This document shows, one piece after another, positions 25,106-38,679 of a DNA stretch of 64,000 bases. How positions within the stretch are numbered: position 1 is the first letter of the stretch; every line of letters begins with the position of its first letter. The stretch comes from Camelus dromedarius (taxonomy: Eukaryota), in the NCBI RefSeq assembly GCF_036321535.1, contig NC_087437.1, positions 55,244,001-55,308,000 on the forward strand, given 5' to 3'. The notes under the pieces are model-generated. The model had not been told where the DNA came from and searched no databases. It was given only the letters and a program-made list of their open reading frames with translations. Position numbers and translations under genes: made by a program.

Positions 25106-25781
25106 ACCTTGCATCAATTACTGTGCTTCACTATAGTTGGAGCCTCAGTCAGAGACGCCCATGCCTGGAAGGAGGAAGTGGACTGAGAACTTGCAGAGGA
25201 TGCGTGGCAAGGGAAAGGGGTAGTGGGATGACTCAGATACATAAAGTAAGGGATCATGTCCCCACCCCACTGATAATGTTGTAATAGTCTATGTCCACAC
25301 ACATGTCCTTATGAAATACCTCTTAAGAGTGTCATAAGGCAGGGACTGTGTGCTTTTCATCTCTGTGCCTTTCATGCCTAGCACAGTAACAATTTATTAG
25401 AAAGCTAAAAAAGAAAAGGCAAGCTTAAGCAGAAAGACTTTTTGAAGGATCCTGGGATATGCTCATGGAGTCTAAGGTGGACACCCAGAGAAAGACACAA
25501 CAGTGGAGCAGACAGATGACTGCCATCAGGATCTGGTCTCTGTCTCGTATCTCTGCTGTTCTCCACTGTGCCAGCTTCGTGTTTCCCTTTCTCTGTGGAC
25601 TTCTACCAGCTGGCAAAAATCATAGCCCACCTCAGCTCGTCGGTCTCTCAACTTATAGTTCCCAGCCATTGACCAGACTTTATTTTGATTTTCTCTTAGT
25701 CCCAAATCCCAAAATACTAAGTTAGTTGACCATCACTTGTGGTCAGACAGTAGGGTTGGGTGAGAAAGTGAAAGTTTTAAT

Positions 25782-25796
25782 GATAGATAGATAGAT

Positions 25797-25828
<32 letters not shown>
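25782..25828. repeat. (GATA)n(GACA)n compound microsatellite
   Basis: Seen directly. Confidence 0.95.
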
Positions 25829-26009
25829 TGGAGAAAGGGGATGATCCAAAAATAAAAGTGGCACTGTTCAGATGAAGGGGTGCTGGACAGATAAGGCAGT
25901 AGGTACCTCCCATAGCAGTTCCCGGTAGGTTCCCCCCGAAGTAGCACCTGATACATGCCCCATCTGTAGCTGCTTAACCAACATATGTTGACTCAATAAA
26001 TGAATGACT

Positions 26010-26150
26010 TAACAAAATGCATAAGGAGTTAACCTCTCTGGGTCCCTTCTTCCTCTGTAAGATGAGAAAATTTGTATCTCACAGGCTTGTGTTGGGAATA
26101 AAGCGCTTACACAATACTCGGCAGACAGCAGACACTCAGTAAATACTGTC
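26010..26150 (+). mobile_element. MIR fragment
   Basis: ttaacctctctgggtcccttcttcctctgtaagatgagaa..cactcagtaaata. Confidence 0.65.
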
Positions 26151-27020
26151 TAAATTTCCAGTCCCTCATCTGAGTTGGAATTGGAAGGGAGACTTAGGGG
26201 CACTTTATCATACATAGCATATCACTTTTTAAAATTTCATCAGCATGATACCCTGATAAAATCTCTCTTAGCCTCTTTGTCCCATCTTGTCTCCTGACCG
26301 TACTTACATCAACATAAATAAAGCCCAGGGCTCGCCCTTGACTCAGACTGAGTCGCCACATTCCTTAAGAAAAACTCCGGGGCATCACAGAACAAAGCCC
26401 TCGTTTGTACCCAAAAGGTACTATATTCCTGTGTTCAGAAGACAAATAGAAACTCAAGGTTAAGAACCCCCGGCCTACTAGATCAATGTTTATTTTTTCA
26501 TGAGCAAAGCTCTAGCGTTCCTGTTCACCAAACTAGCTCACATAACATGCACCCAAACTATTGATTCTTGTACTCTCTTGGATCACACCTTGCTCTTTAT
26601 TTCACATTAAAATGCCTTCTTCTGCCCCATTACCACTACCTTCATTTGTAAAGCTCTTCAAACTTCAGTGTCTGCTCTGGCTCTATAACTTTCCTGACCC
26701 ATCACCCACCTACCTCTAGAAATTATAAAACAACTTTTTCCCAGACCTGGTACAGAACATTTCTGCTCCTGACAGCTACCTGGGGCTCTCACCTCCTATT
26801 CCAATTTCCATTAGCAAATTATTTTTTTCTAAATCCATACTGGGTAATGCTAAAGAAGATTTCTGATGAATGAAAATTCCTCCTTATTGATAAATACTTT
26901 GTAGAAACCATTTAGTGTTTACAAAACTCTCTACAACTCTCCACTGGTGGTTGTATTAAGGTCATCCTACTCTTGATTCCAGTGCTGGTCTCCTAAATGA
27001 TTAAGAGCGTTGGGAGATGA

Positions 27021-27158
27021 GGGGGGAGGATATAATTCAAGTGGTAAAGCACATGCTCAGCATACACAAGGTTCTGAATTCAATCCCCAGTACCTCCTCT
27101 AAAAAATAAATAAATAAACCCGATTAAAAAAATATTTAACAAGCCTTTGGGGGAAAAA
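27021..27158 (+). mobile_element. Camelid tRNA-derived SINE (Vic-1 type)
   Basis: ggggggaggatataattcaagtggtaaagc..ttcaatccccagtacctcc plus A tail; 18-bp TSD with 3 mismatches at 27003-27020 and 27159-27176. Confidence 0.9.
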
Positions 27159-27984
27159 AAGAGTATTGAGAGATGAAACTTCTCTTTTACTGAGAACAGT
27201 TTCTTATATCTTTCTGTTAAGGAGGCAATTTTCAATGGCATCTCTCAGTGCGAGAAGACACTTTAGACAGCGTCTACTACAGTGGACTTTACAGATACCT
27301 GAATCTTCTCTACATGTCCCAGAGGGATGGTCTAATCTGTCTTACCTTAATGATTTACTTATGACTTTTAGAGGAATACCGAATTTTTCCCTCTGCAAAA
27401 TCAGGCATCTCCCATTCTTATCCAGTTCTTTCTTATACTGAGGAACGTTTTGCCCTCTTGCAAACTGTAACCACAAAACCCTTCAGTGTCCACTGACAGC
27501 GCTGGAAGTCTCCTCTTCTCCACACAATAGCTTGAGTAAGTGCCTGGGAACAAGATTTCTCTTTTCCAGCATCACCAACTTAGGACCTTCCATTGTTGCT
27601 TACATGTTACAGTTTTGGGTCCACCTAGCTTTTCTCAGGACAGAGTCTGATTAATTTTCTTGATAAAATTCTTAATTATAACAGGCTGACTTTCTCTTTG
27701 AAGCCTACAGAATAGAGGACATGTAAAACGTCCTTTAGGCATAAGAAATACTAAATATACAGGGATTAGGATTTGCATTGGATATAGAGTGTTTCTAAAC
27801 TGGAAACATTTGTTGAGGAAAGATAGTTTAGCCTAAGTAAAAATCTGTGTCAATGTTCATAATTGTTCTAGTCTATTCTCAAAAGCAGTATGAGATCATC
27901 GTCATGGGGCACGAACACAAAAACCATCAATGGCAACCCTGGCTTTCTGCTAGTGCGTTGAATATGTCAAGCTTTTGGTTTTTT

Positions 27985-28397
27985 TGTAACCTCAGGGCCT
28001 TTGCACATGCTTTCCCCTTTGCCTAGAGTACTCCCTGCAACCTCTTCCCCTCAAATTTTTGGCTGCCAACTCCTCATGCTTCAAGTCTCTGAGAAACTTT
28101 TCCTTGATGTCTTTACCCACCTTCCCCCACCCCCCAGTCCCCATCTAAATCATGTCACCCATCATGATGTATTTTCCAACTTGCATTTAACTCTTCCTTT
28201 TGGCAAACATCACAATTTTAAATATGTTTATTTATATGATTATTTAGCACCTGTCTTCTCCACTGCACTGTAAACTCCAGAAAGGTTGCAATTTTGCCTG
28301 CTTCATTTACTATGAAATTCCCTGGCACCTGGCAGAGAGCATGGTTTATGTGGGGAATTCACGTATTTGCTGAATGAATAAATGAATGAATGAATGA
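27985..28397 (+). mobile_element. L2 3' end
   Basis: cctcagggcctttgcacatgct..ctccactgcactgtaaactcc..atttgctgaatgaataaatgaatgaatgaatga. Confidence 0.85.
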
Positions 28398-28499
28398 TTC
28401 CTGCAGCATACTGATTTCTTTCTTCCCTGCTTACGTTTGTATAGGCCTTGTTGCTTTCAAAGGGTTTTCATGTTTCTGTCATTTTAGGTAGGGGAGGGT

Positions 28500-28640
28500 G
28501 GTTATTACCATCCCGATTTCCATCTGATGGAACTGAGGTCCAGAAAAAGGAACTGACTAACACAGACTTACTCAGCTGGTGGCATGTGGAGCTATGATCA
28601 GAGGGCTGTATGTTGACTCTTAGTCTAGTGCTCTTTCCAT
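28500..28640 (-). mobile_element. MIR fragment
   Basis: ttattaccatcccgatttccatctgatggaactgaggtccaga..agtctagtgctctttcc. Confidence 0.7.
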
Positions 28641-28792
28641 CAGTAATTTTAAAGCATAAGGAGTTTCACTTAGAAATAACTTAAGTGCCCATAATGTAAT
28701 TCTTTTTTTAATCTTGGGAAAAATATTATCTGCTTCCTGGAAAGATCTAGATAAAAGACAATCCCCTGAATTTTTTTTTTTCCCTAGTGAAC

Positions 28793-28956
28793 TTTTTTTG
28801 TTTGTTTGTATGTTTTTGTTTTTTTGAGGGAGGGGGGAGGCAATTTAGGTTTATTTATTTATTTACTCCTTTTTTAAATGGAGATACTGGGGATTGAACC
28901 CAGGACCTCATGTATGCTAAGCATACACTCTACCACTGAGCTATACCCTATCCCCC
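28793..28956 (-). mobile_element. Camelid tRNA-derived SINE (Vic-1 type), at the poly-T end of an old L1 fragment (28958-29040)
   Basis: ggagatactggggattgaacccaggacctcatgtatgctaagcatacactctaccactgagctataccc is the reverse complement of the SINE head. Confidence 0.92.
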
Positions 28957-30399
28957 AGACTTATTTTTTTAGAGCAGTTTTAGGTTCATTGCAAAATTAA
29001 ACAAAAGGTACAGAGATCTTTTTCCATTTGCTCCCCACAACCTCATGACTTGATTTCTTCATGTGACCTATCGTAGAGAAGAATATAAGAAGAGGATGTC
29101 ACTGACTTAAGCCTGTTTCTTTGGAGTCCACAGGGCTTCAGGCAGGCTGTATGTAATACATACAATTAAAGGCGGGAAACAATGTCTCCATCTGAACACA
29201 TTTAATGTATCTTCTTATGAGAGCAATTGGTCAAAATGAAAATACTAGTTTTTTATCAAACCAAGGGCTTAAAACTTTTAAAAATGCTCTTGAACAAAAC
29301 TTGCACTTCATAATATACTTATTACAAATAATGCTTTTTTTCTACGGATTCACTTCACTTTATTAGTCATTACATTTACTATAACACGTAGACTTGAAAG
29401 CAATGCAACATCATTCCTTTACAGAAATGCCATACACCAGCCTTCTTTCCCCACTGAATTGTACCGCTCTTTCATGATTTCAATTACTAAAATCTGTTGT
29501 TCATTCTTTTGCGCTCAGAAAACCATAGAATCCCAGAAGGATTGTGTAGCACGCACTTACTTCAAATGAAAAGTTGTGTATAGCACAAATATTTTGCTGA
29601 ATTGTTTATATTTTTTAAAAAATCCCTAATTTATATACTACCTTTGATTTATATCTCGGGTTATACAATTTCTGAATAGGATATCATTATTTTCATTTCT
29701 GTGTGGAATCAGCCAGGCTTTGATTCATTAAGGAAGAGAAGTTTCCCATAAGGCAGGATTTTTTTCTCACTTCCTTGAAAAAAGGGAATTTCATAGACCT
29801 GTGAGGTCTTAAGGTGGCAGGAGATGTTCTAGGTCCTTTAGACCAACTGCCTTTGAATCTGCTCTGCAGTGTATCCTCCAAAGTCGCTTCTTGCCTGCTT
29901 GAGTAGTTTGGGACAGCCACTGCCTCACTTCTAGTGTATACACCCAGGACTAAACCAAGTTGGTTGCTTACCCAGCTAAATGTGGTCCCTCTAACCCACC
30001 AAGCTGCTGGCTTGTGAAACATGGGGCTTCATTATGTCCGAACAGTAGCTTCCCCGAATCCCAAACATCTGGAGAGTGTGCTCTGCACTCACTCAGAGCC
30101 AGTGTGCAATTGTTTAGACTGTCTGGGAGCAGGGCAGGCTGACTTCATTTGGGGCTAGAGGCAGGGGTAAGCTGACAAGAGCTTCCAGAATATGGATATT
30201 CCCAGCTAGCTGCTTGCCAGAAAAAGAATGTTTTAAGTGAGCTTAAGTTACCAGATGTCCCCCTCAAAAGTACATGATTGCCATTGGGGAGGATTAAAAA
30301 AGGAGAATATATAATACGTGAATTAATTAGTCTTTTTCACTGATGATTTTTATTTAACGTTTGGCAGCACAGTTTTCATAAATTTTATTTTGTAGAATC

Positions 30400-30506
30400 T
30401 GTTTTTTTTTCTTTCTTTCTATTTCTTTCTTTTCTTTCTCTCTCTCTCTTTCTTTTCTTTCTTTCTCTTTCTTCCTTCCTTTCTTTCCTTCCTTCCTTCC
30501 TTCCTT
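30400..30506. repeat. (TTTC)/(TC)/(TTCC) polypyrimidine simple repeat
   Basis: Seen directly. Confidence 0.95.
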
Positions 30507-31689
30507 GTTTCAGAATAATTGTCCAGAGTGCTGATAGACCCACAGTTTTTCTTAGTATGATTTTTATGCTCATTCTTTTTCACTCATTGGTTCACATATT
30601 ATTCCTTACTTTCAAAAATCTTTCTGCTTTGCATTCCGTATAATAGCATACTTTTGTAACATAATAACATATTTTAACCATGTCAGATCAAAACCCGCAT
30701 TTATGATACCTTGTAAAATGATGTAGTTTGCTTGGGTCTGTCCATCTTCCTGTAAAGGAAACTGCAATAAAGGTAGCACCTTTAAAATTTTTTATCCAAG
30801 TGAGATGGAGTAATATTTTAAGATATCAATCTTATGGGTTTTTTTCCTACCAGTGTTTCCATTGCTCCGTGCCTTTTCTGCACCCCCACAAGTTAACTCA
30901 GTACTTGATTGCCTGCAGGGAGGCAAGGAAAGGGCTGAACTCAGAAATAGCCTGCTAGGTTTTCTGACATTTGTCATGGAAAAGCCTAAGCCCTCAGGGG
31001 AACTTTGAGAGTTTTGTGGAGAAGGTAAGAAGTCGGTATTTAAGGATAGAGACAAAAGTATTTTGGCAGAAACAAGCAGAGGAGAGAGCAGAGTATTCCT
31101 CTGGGCACAGTGTAAGCTTGTGAGGGTGTGTGGATTGGGAGAGGAGGGGGAGGGAGACAAGAAAAAGGAGAAAGAAAAAGGATGACTCAGAGAGCTCTGT
31201 GGTCCGGAGAGAAGGACCCTGCCCCTGACTTCCCAGCAGCGCTGATGGGGCAGTAACGAGATCCTGCAGAGGAAATGGCTGCCTCATGCACGGAATACAA
31301 TCTGAAAACTGATATGCAGCAGCCTTGCAAGAAAAATTCCCTTTCCCCAAGAGTGACAGGGAAACAGTGAGGCTTACCAGATATAATGAGCTGTGCAACA
31401 CGGGACACTGGATGAAGAAGCTTGAGTGGACTTGGGACTAGAGCTCGACTAACTGCCCTCTCACCCTGCTACTGCATCTGGAATCCTAACTACGGCATAA
31501 GCTTGAGAGAGACAGGTTAGGGGGATGAATCTCAGGAAGAATTGACAATGTTTGTCCATCCACCCAGCAGAATTGAAACTCAGGGTAGAAATATTACTTT
31601 GAATTATGGAAAATGAAAGTTGAGAGTATACCTGAGTTTGTAGACTGAGGCATACTTCATGTACAATCAAAAATTACTTTTTTCTCACT

Positions 31690-34480
31690 TAAAAAAATTA
31701 AGGTAAAATTTACAAATAGTAACATTCATCCTTTTGGTATACAGATCTGTAAGTTTTGGCAAACATTTAGTCTTGCAGTCACCACCACAATCATGACCTG
31801 GACAGTCTCTCACCCCCCAGATCCCCCAGTGTGGCTTTCTTGTCAATCCCTCTTCCCTGGAAATCAGTGATCAGTTTTTCTCCCTAAAGTTTTGGCTTCT
31901 CAAGAATGTCATATAAATGGAATAAAAAAAACTGTTGAAGCCTTTAAATTTCTTTTTTATGTTTTATGTTTACAATGTTGTGTCGATTTCTGGTGTACAG
32001 CACAATGCTTCAGTCATACATGAACATACATATATTCATTTTCATATTCTTTTCACTATGAGTCACTACAAGATATTGAATATAGTTTGCTGTGCTATAC
32101 AGTATGACCTTGTTGTTTATCTCTTTTATATATATTAGTATCTGCAAATCTCAGATTCCCAGTTTATCCCATCCCACCTCCTTCCCCTCTCCCTGGTAAC
32201 CATAAGTTTGTTTCTAAGTCTAGCTTCTTTCACTTAGAATAATGCATTTGGAATTCATCTGTGTTGTTGCATGTATCGATAGTTTTTTTTTAAAATTACT
32301 GAGTAGTATTTGATTGTATGTACCCATCATGGTTGTTTACAGTTTTGGGTGACTGCAAATAAAGCTGCTATCAACATTTACCTACAGGTTTCTGTGTGGC
32401 CATAGGTTTTCATTTTACTTGGGTGAAGACCTAGGAATAGGGTTGCTATATTGTGTGCTTTATGTTTAACTTTGTAAGATACCACCGAATGGATTTCCAG
32501 ATTGGCTGTAACAATTTACATTCTCATCAGCAATGTATGAGGAGTCCTACTTGCTCTATTTTATATTACCAATTTTTTAAAAAAAATTTGTTAGTCTAAT
32601 AAGTATGTAAAGGTATTACATTTTGGTTTAATCTGCATGACTTATTTGCCATTTTTATATCTTTCGTAAATTATCTGTTCTAATGTTTTATACAATTTTA
32701 AATTGTTTTTTTATTTAGTAGATGAATTTTGAGAGTTTTTTTTTTTTAATGTATTCTGCCTACAAGTCCATGATCATACAAATCACTTGGAAATACTTTC
32801 TCCCAATCTATGCCTTGTATCAGGCTCTTACCAGATGTTGTAAAGAGCAGAAGTTCTTACATTTGATGAAGTCCAATATATCAAAGTTTCTTTTATGGCT
32901 TATGCTTTATCTAAGAACTCTTTGCATATTCCAGAGATGTAAAGGTCCCCCTCTTCTCCACCCCCACACACTTATTTTCTTAGACGTTTTATCATATTGG
33001 GATTCAAGTCTATGAACCATTTTGAGTTAAGTTTTACATAAGGTGCAAAGGGCCCTAGATTTGTTTTTGTTTTTGTTTTTGTTTTTGCAAGTGGACATTC
33101 AGTTGTTAAACAGATGACTCTCTGTTGACCTGCCTTTGTACCTTCCTTGAAGCACAGCTGACCATGTGTGGATCTGTTTTTGGACTCTTTGTTGTGTTCT
33201 GTCAATTTATAAGTCTAACCTTTCTCTGATACCTTTTAGAGACTACCTTTTGACTATTATAATAATGGACTATATACAATATTGTAGTTTTATAGTAAGT
33301 CTGAAAATTAGGGGGTATAAATCTTCTAACTTTGTTTCTTTTTTCAACATTGTTTCAACATTACTTGTTTCTTTGCCTTTCTTTGTAAATTTTAGATTCA
33401 GTGTGTCAATTTCTAAAAAAAAATTCTACTGGGATTTTGACTGGAATTGCATTAAATCTGTAGATCAGTTTGGGGAAAAATTAACCTCTTAACAATGTTG
33501 ACTAATCTGATCCATAAACAGTATATATCTCCATTTATGTGGGTCTTCTTTGATTTCTTTCATCAATGTTGTATACTTTTTAGCAAAAAGATCTTGCAGA
33601 TAATTTGAAAGATATAAAGATATATACATAAGCAGTTCATGCTTTTTGCTGCTACTGTAAATAGGACTTTTAAAATTTAAGTTTCTAATTATCCATCATG
33701 TATTAGTTCTAGTAGCTTTTTTGGGTACATTTTGAGTTTCTCTCTTTAGGCTATTATGTTTCTTATGAATAGAGACTCTTATTTCTTCCTTTCCACCCCA
33801 TATGCCTTCTTTTCTTGCCTTGCTGTGCTAGTTTGTACTTTCAGTATAATATTTAATAAAAATGGTGAGAACAGACATTCTTGTCTTGATCCTGGTCATA
33901 GGAGGAAAGCATTTATTATTAAGAATGATGTTAGCTTAGCTCTTTTGTGGGTATTCTTTAGCAGGTTGTAGAAGCTCTCTTTTCTGCTGAGAGTTGTTTT
34001 TTTTTTTATTCAAAATGGGTGTCAGATTTTGTTAAAAAATTCTGTGTTATTTTTTGTTGTTTATTCTGTTGATATGATGAGTTACACTGACTGATATTTA
34101 AATGTCGAACCAGCCTTGCATTCTTTTGGTAAACTCTACTTGGTCATGATGAATATAAAAAGGATAACTGAGTCCTTTTTAAACACTATTAAAGTCTATT
34201 TAATAGTACTTTGTTGAAATTTCTGCATCTATGTTCATAAGAGTTATTGCTATATGATTTTATCTCTTCCTTCCTTCCTTCCTACCTTCCTTCCTTCCTT
34301 CCTTCATCCCTCCCTTCTTTCTTTGTTTTTTTTTTTTTTTCCCTTTCTATCTTTTCTTCTTGTCTGATTTTGGTATCAGGATACTGTTGGTCTCATGAAA
34401 TTATTTAGGAAATGTTCCCTCCTATTTTATATTCTAGAAGAATTTTAGTAGAATTGGTATTATTTCTTGCTTAAATGGTA
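31690..34480 (-). mobile_element. Old L1M (MC/MD-type) 3' end plus ORF2 portion, degraded
   Basis: Continuous L1-antisense motifs (gggattttgactggaattgcattaaatctgtagatcagtttgggga; gaaccagccttgcatt; tgattttggtatcagg). Confidence 0.88.
31950..32215 (-). mobile_element. Young L1 3' tail nested in old L1
   Basis: Highly similar to 2370-2610 (tttctggtgtacagcacaatgcttcagtc..cctggtaaccataagtttg); interrupts the older L1. Confidence 0.88.
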
Positions 34481-36556
34481 TTTCTTGTGATGAAAACAAT
34501 TCAGATATTTGTCTGGATTTGTTAATTTTTTTTTTCACATATCTGGCAGATAGCTAAAGTACCAAAAACATTTTATTATGGAGTTTATATCAAGATAACT
34601 TTACTGTGGGGTGTTTGGGGAGAACACTAGTGATTGCAACTCCAATGGCACCACTTCTAGGGCAAGTTGTGCTGATTTTGGAGGGAAGGAAACCAATTTC
34701 TTGGCCACAAACTTTGTGCCAGACATGTAGGTGCTGTGTATTCTGGTTATGTTTTTGCCTTCAAAAATTAGACAGTAGGTACTAGTATTTCTCCCTTTTC
34801 ATAGGTGAGGAAATTGTACCCTATGAAATCTGATAATTTTCTTCTTACATGAACTTCTCCAAGTGATAGTACTACACTCTATTTTTTAAAAAATGCTCTA
34901 GTGTTCTTTTCTGATTTTAAAGGTAATACATGGTTGTTATAGAATATTTAAATTAAAAGTAAAAATGATACATTTTATCAACTGGAAGCTTCTAGTGTGA
35001 TATACAGCAAAATTCTATTTGGATATTAAAGCGGGAAATGCTTTTATCTTTCTTATGCTTTCCAGAGCCCTTTCCCAACCATTTAGGCAAAGGAGATAAC
35101 TTTTCTTAAAGAACAAAGATAATACTTCGAGAAAGTAAAGTGTATGTATGTTTTAATTCCAAATCTCTTCTTTAAATAACTCGAGCTCAAGTCTGGAAGA
35201 GTGAGATTATTGAGTTTATTCCATGAATGACACATAGGGTAAGAGTTTTCCATTCCAGTTTCCCCCAAATAACAGTTTGATGGACCGTCAGGAAGAAGAG
35301 GACGAGTGATGCCAATACTAGATTCACTCTTGGCCTGTTTCATTGAGAGGGAGTCCAGTATCCCATTATTCACTTTGTCTAGGCCTTGATTCCTTGTACT
35401 TGGCCCATAAAGGTGGGTGACAGAAACTCTAGATAGATTATAGAGGTACATAAGAGCCAAATAGATTGTTAACCGGATTCCTCAGTTATAACCTTGAGGG
35501 ACTGTAAGATTCAGGGAAAAATTTCGACTATAAGAGGACCACTGAGCTAAACCATAACTATGGCTGAAGGAAGATGTAAGGAGAATTCTAATTCTACTGT
35601 GTGACTTTCTTAGAGATTTCTGTTTTTGCAAAAGGGAAGAGAGCACTTATCTTTGCTCCATGTCACCTACCCTTGGAGAGACTTGAGTACAGGACAGACA
35701 TGCCTTCTATTTTGTGGGAGCTTGTGGTTATATTCTCCGGCTCTGCTTGAGGCAGGCTGTATGTGTTCAATTCAGGACTGGAGCATGAAGCTGAGGAGGA
35801 AGATAAGCCATTTCTATATGGTAAAACTGATGTTTTCATCTTTGATCATTCCTGAGTTATTTCTCAAATAGATCAGGTTTTGAGAGGAGAGAGAAGTGTT
35901 AGATATTGCCTCCCACTGTGAAATCCAACATATTGGCACATGGGTTGGGAACCTTGAGAAATTGTCCCAAGGGCTAATATTTGGAGGCTGACCTCCAGGA
36001 GCAATTGGGCCTTACACAGTAACTAAGTCAATTAGTGTAGGCTTTGATACTTTGGTAAGCCAAATTCTCTTGTGTATTTGACCTAGGTGATTGGCACTGG
36101 CTTATGTTTTATCCATATGCTGGATTTCCTCTTGTATAGACATTTACAGATTACCTTGGACCAAAGAAGGCATGGATTTGTACAATGCAGTTGTGCTTCA
36201 TTATACAAGCCTTTAAAGTATTAATAATTCACCAGTGGTTCCCTGCACTGCATATGTTTCCAGGACTGTAGGTCTGCACTTTAAAATTACAAAAACTAAA
36301 GCTAATTCCACAAAGCTACAGTGGACGAGACATGGTGTCTAAATTGCATTAGGTGTTAGCATTTAGCATTATATCAACATGCCTTAATTCTGTTACTCTT
36401 TATCTTATTTGGAAATGCATTCAGTTCTGGGACAAAGGAGAGAACAATAGAGTTCTAACTCTTATCACCATCCCTCTCTTTTTCTGTGAGACTTCCTTGG
36501 GCTCACTACCTATTTGAATCTACTAACTAAAAAAATCTCTTTAAAAAAAATCCTCT

Positions 36557-37700
36557 CAGGGAAATGCAAATCAAAACCGCACTGAGATTCCACCTCAGAC
36601 CCACGCGGTTGGCTACTATAAAATAAAGAAAGAAAGAAATAACAAGTTTAAACAGGGATGAGGAGAAATTAGAGCACTTGTACACTCACTGTTGGTGGGA
36701 ATGTAACATGGGGGAGCTACTGTGGAAAACTGCTTGACAGTTCCTCAGAAAATTAAACATAGAATTAATAGATGATCCAGCAATTCTACTCCTGGGTATA
36801 TACAAGCAAGGTTTCAAAGAGGTATTTGTACACCATGTTCATTGAAGCTTTATTCACAATAGCCAAAGGGTGGAAGCCACCCAAGTGTCCACTGACAGGT
36901 AAAGGAATGAACAATGTGTAGTATATACACACAATGGAGTATTACTCAGCCTTAAGAAGAAAAGAAAACTCTGAAACATGCTCCAACATGCATGAACCTT
37001 GAAGACATCATGCAAAGTTGCAAAAAGACAAATGCTGTATGATTTCATATGTAGAATTCAAAGAGTTGAACTCATAGAGACAGAAAGTAGAATGGTTGTT
37101 GTCAGAGGCTGGGAGAGAGGGGAGTAGAGAGTTCTACAATGAGGGTAGAGTTGCAGTTTTATGAGATGAAAAGAGTTCTGGAGATTGGTTGTACAACAAT
37201 GTGAATGTACTTACCTGTACTGAACTGTACATTTAAAAATGGTTGTAAGAGAAAGAAAATGCCATATGACATCATTTATATGAGGAATCTAAAACATAAT
37301 AACAATAATAATAAGGACACAAATGAACTACTTATTATTTATAACTAAGATGACTGATCTCTCGAACATGCGTAAGCACATTTGACTGTCCTTTATGATT
37401 GCATTACCGCATTCTGTTGATTCTTATTTTGTAGTTGGCTTTATTCCTTTGATACCTATGTAAGTTTAAAAAGCTAAAGCTCTAATCTGTTCTTAGAAAC
37501 AATAATTAGTACACATATATAAACTAAAAAATGTGCAGTATACTACTGTATATATGTATTTACATGCAATATAATGTGTATGTGCAGTCCAACTAATAAT
37601 TCTACATAATAAAACTGAAAAAAAGAGGAAAAAATAAATAAAAACGGCTATAGCATGGTAAATTTTATGTTCTACATACTTATCACAATTTCAAATAAAA
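36557..37700 (+). mobile_element. L1MB-like 3' end, interrupted at 37245-37638
   Basis: cagggaaatgcaaatcaaaacc..cagcaattctactcctgggtatatac..gttctggagattggttgtacaacaatgtgaatgtac, resuming atggtaaattttatg after the insertion. Confidence 0.9.
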
Positions 37701-38619
37701 ATAATTTTAAAAAACACTAAAAATATTCTTCTCAAAGAGAAGTTAGGCTTGGCTGGATCTCCTTTTCCTTTCATATCAACTTGCTGGTCCTCCAAGGTCT
37801 CCAACATTTCCTTAAGGAAATCTCTCTTTCTCCAGTTCAGTCTTACTTCCTTTAACCGAGGCAAATACTTTGCTGGGAGATACAATCTCAAGCAGAGAGA
37901 GTGAAGGGAAAGAGGGTGAAGAGGAAAAGAAGGGAAGCAAATACAAGGTGGGAGTTACTGAACTCTCTACATCTTCATAAAAATCACCAATGATTAGCCA
38001 ATCATGTGAACCATCTCTGGAAAGAGGAGCCGAGAGGAATTTATTTGCCAGCAATTTAGCACCACCTGTCACTCAATAGTCAAACTTCTCATTATAGAGA
38101 GAAATCCTTGCATTTTTAGGTTGCATCGCCTGGCCCCTTTAAAGGGGCAGTCCTTGGGGAAGCCAGTTTCCATGCCCTATGAGTTAGCACTGCTTCCAAG
38201 TTCTGGAGTGGTAGAAGGAACCAGCATCTTTGTGAGTTGGACCAGGTCCCAGTCCTAGAGTCTGGCTTCTGGAGCTACTCTGGTTCCAGCCACAGCAGGT
38301 GCAATGGAGGCCATGCCAGCAGGTGAGATGTTGGAGACTGCAGTGGCATCCTGAGCGCCCTATGAGCAAGTAGCCAAGTATCTGGGAGACAAGTAAGAAA
38401 ACATTAAACCTGGAAGGGCATTTTAACTGTGCCAGACACAGGGACAAAAAGGAAAATCCAGGAAGTCAACAAGAAGTGGTGTCTAGGCTTGATATAAATA
38501 CTGATCTGATGAAACAATATGTTCAAAATGTGACCATGTGATGCTGGGAGATGTGGGCAGACCAGATGATTGAACATAAATGCAATTGGAAAACTCAGAA
38601 CTCATGACATCATGACTTT

Positions 38620-38679
38620 ATTATTAGTAAGGGTAAGAGATACCAGCTGCTGTAACAAACTCCCAAATATCAGTGTTTG
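38620..38679 (-). mobile_element. MLT1 (MaLR LTR) terminal fragment
   Basis: tattagtaagggtaagagataccagctgctgtaacaaactcccaaatatcagtg is typical of the MLT1 antisense start. Confidence 0.6.
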
